Shown: positions 62,901-64,000 of the stretch, piece by piece
Position numbering within the stretch: the stretch's first letter is position 1
Layout of the letters: every line of letters begins with the position of its first letter
Source: Halocafeteria seosinensis
Taxonomy: Eukaryota
DNA: 64,000 nt
Reading direction: 5' to 3'
NCBI GenBank assembly: GCA_001687465.1
Contig: LVLI01000279.1
Location: 1 to 64,000 of the forward strand
The notes under the pieces: generated by a model
Told to the model about the DNA's origin: nothing
The model's input: the letters and a program-made list of their open reading frames with translations, nothing else
Database searches by the model: none
Translations under genes and position numbers: made by a program

Positions 62901-64000
62901 GTCTACACCGCAGCCGTGTCCCAAAGGTTCGTACTGCCCTGGTGCTTCCAAAGGCTTTGCAGGCGGGGTACGCTGTCCAAGGGGAACATTCCTCAATATT
63001 ACGGGGGCAGAAGAGGAGTCCGAATGTGTCCCTTGTCCATATGGGCACTATTGTGGGAATGAAGGCCTTTCGGTTCCTTCGGGGAAATGTGAAGCAGGGT
63101 TTTTGTGCTTTGGTGGGGCAGATAGCAGAGTTCCACAAACAATCGCCAACCAAAGTGGGACTCCACACGGAATGCTCTGTCCTCGTGGCTCGTACTGCCC
63201 TGCGGGGGCCATTGCTGCATTACCGTGCCCTACAGGCACTTTTGGTGAGAGAGAAGGCGTCTCGGACGTGAATGGCTGTACGCCGTGTTCTCCGGGGTCA
63301 CTGTGTCCGTCCGTCGGTATGACTGCCGCAGGTCCTGTCTGCCCCGAGCGGTATTATTGTCCTCGAGGTACAGGAGGGGTACAAACTGCGCTCCTGTGCC
63401 CAGCTGGCTCGTTCTGCTTGAACGGTTCAAGTATTCCGGAGAACTGTCCAAGTGGGACGTTTCAATCGGCAGAAGGCAGTATAACGTGTACACGCTGCCC
63501 CGCTGGGAGCTACTGTGGTGTTGGCACTCGAGCGCCTCGGGAATGCCCCGCTGGGAGCTTTTGCCCGCAGGGTTCTCCCGCTGTTCTCGACTACGGAGAC
63601 TCTAACTTTTCTACGGATCCTGTCACTGGCACGCTGCTGTGCCCTCCAGGGACGTTCAGTAACGTTACGGGCTTAAGTTCAGTCGGTCAATGTCAGGAGT
63701 GCACGCCAGGAACGTATTGCGGCACATCTGGCCTACAATCTCCAACAGGTGCTTGTCTACGAGGCTTTTACTGCTTAAACGGTTCAGCACTGGCTGCTCC
63801 GCCACATGACGATAATCAAACTGGCTGTACCAGCAACGGTGGTGTGTTTAGTGGAGGGCCTTGTGTCGGAGGTTTCGTTTGCACAGGAGGCAATACCTCG
63901 CCTATCCCAAATGAAAGCAACGGGCTTGCATGCCCTCGTGGAACATACTGTCCATCAGCGTCACAATATCCTATTAGTTGCCCTTCTGGAACATATAATC
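53953..64000 (+). CDS. Giant secreted/surface Cys-rich repeat protein (GCC2/GCC3, ephrin-receptor-like CPxGxYC repeats) with N-terminal Ser/Thr mucin segment; 3' end outside window
   Basis: Signal-like MSARIVLVILGIHCLLALL; S/T-rich exon; about nine short introns to ~57530; then frame +1 reads CPAGHYCP/CPxGTF repeats to the window end (no terminated frame +1 ORF appears in the track there). Confidence 0.88.

Noticed and set aside
1..64000. Alternative genetic code, selenocysteine readthrough, non-canonical introns or introner-like repeated introns
   Set aside because: All genes I reconstructed close with standard stops and GT-AG introns, and I saw no intron sequences resembling each other; not exhaustively tested.

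Overview
Gene-dense eukaryotic (protist) genomic DNA with short GT-AG introns (mostly about 55-110 nt) and very short intergenic spacers. Gene content suggests a heterotrophic stramenopile/SAR-type protist; this is an inference, not verified. I can support about 21 protein-coding genes and one tRNA-Ile(AAT). Recognisable housekeeping genes: ERdj3-like DnaJ, ZPR1, tandem-CCCH protein, QPRT/nadC, PDI-like thioredoxin, C2/EF-hand protein, UPF2, NUFIP1, type-B carboxylesterase, Got1, SMYD-type SET protein, THOC5. The most striking accessory content is: (i) a tandem array of at least four type-I membrane mucin-like genes (1-10.2 kb) sharing an unrecognised ~110-aa two-Cys head domain and identical intron positions, with mosaic ancestry (head of gene 1 resembles gene 3, while its stalk, TM, tail and flank are nearly identical to gene 2) and an RxL motif between head and stalk; (ii) two tandem paralogues of an unrecognised ~9-TM protein, one with an expanded (NDDNYY)n repeat; (iii) an intronless bacterial-type RsmJ methyltransferase with a mitochondrial-like presequence; (iv) a hAT-like transposon end; (v) a giant secreted Cys-rich (GCC2/GCC3-type) protein running off the window. 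Exon boundaries were read by eye; no database searches were run.
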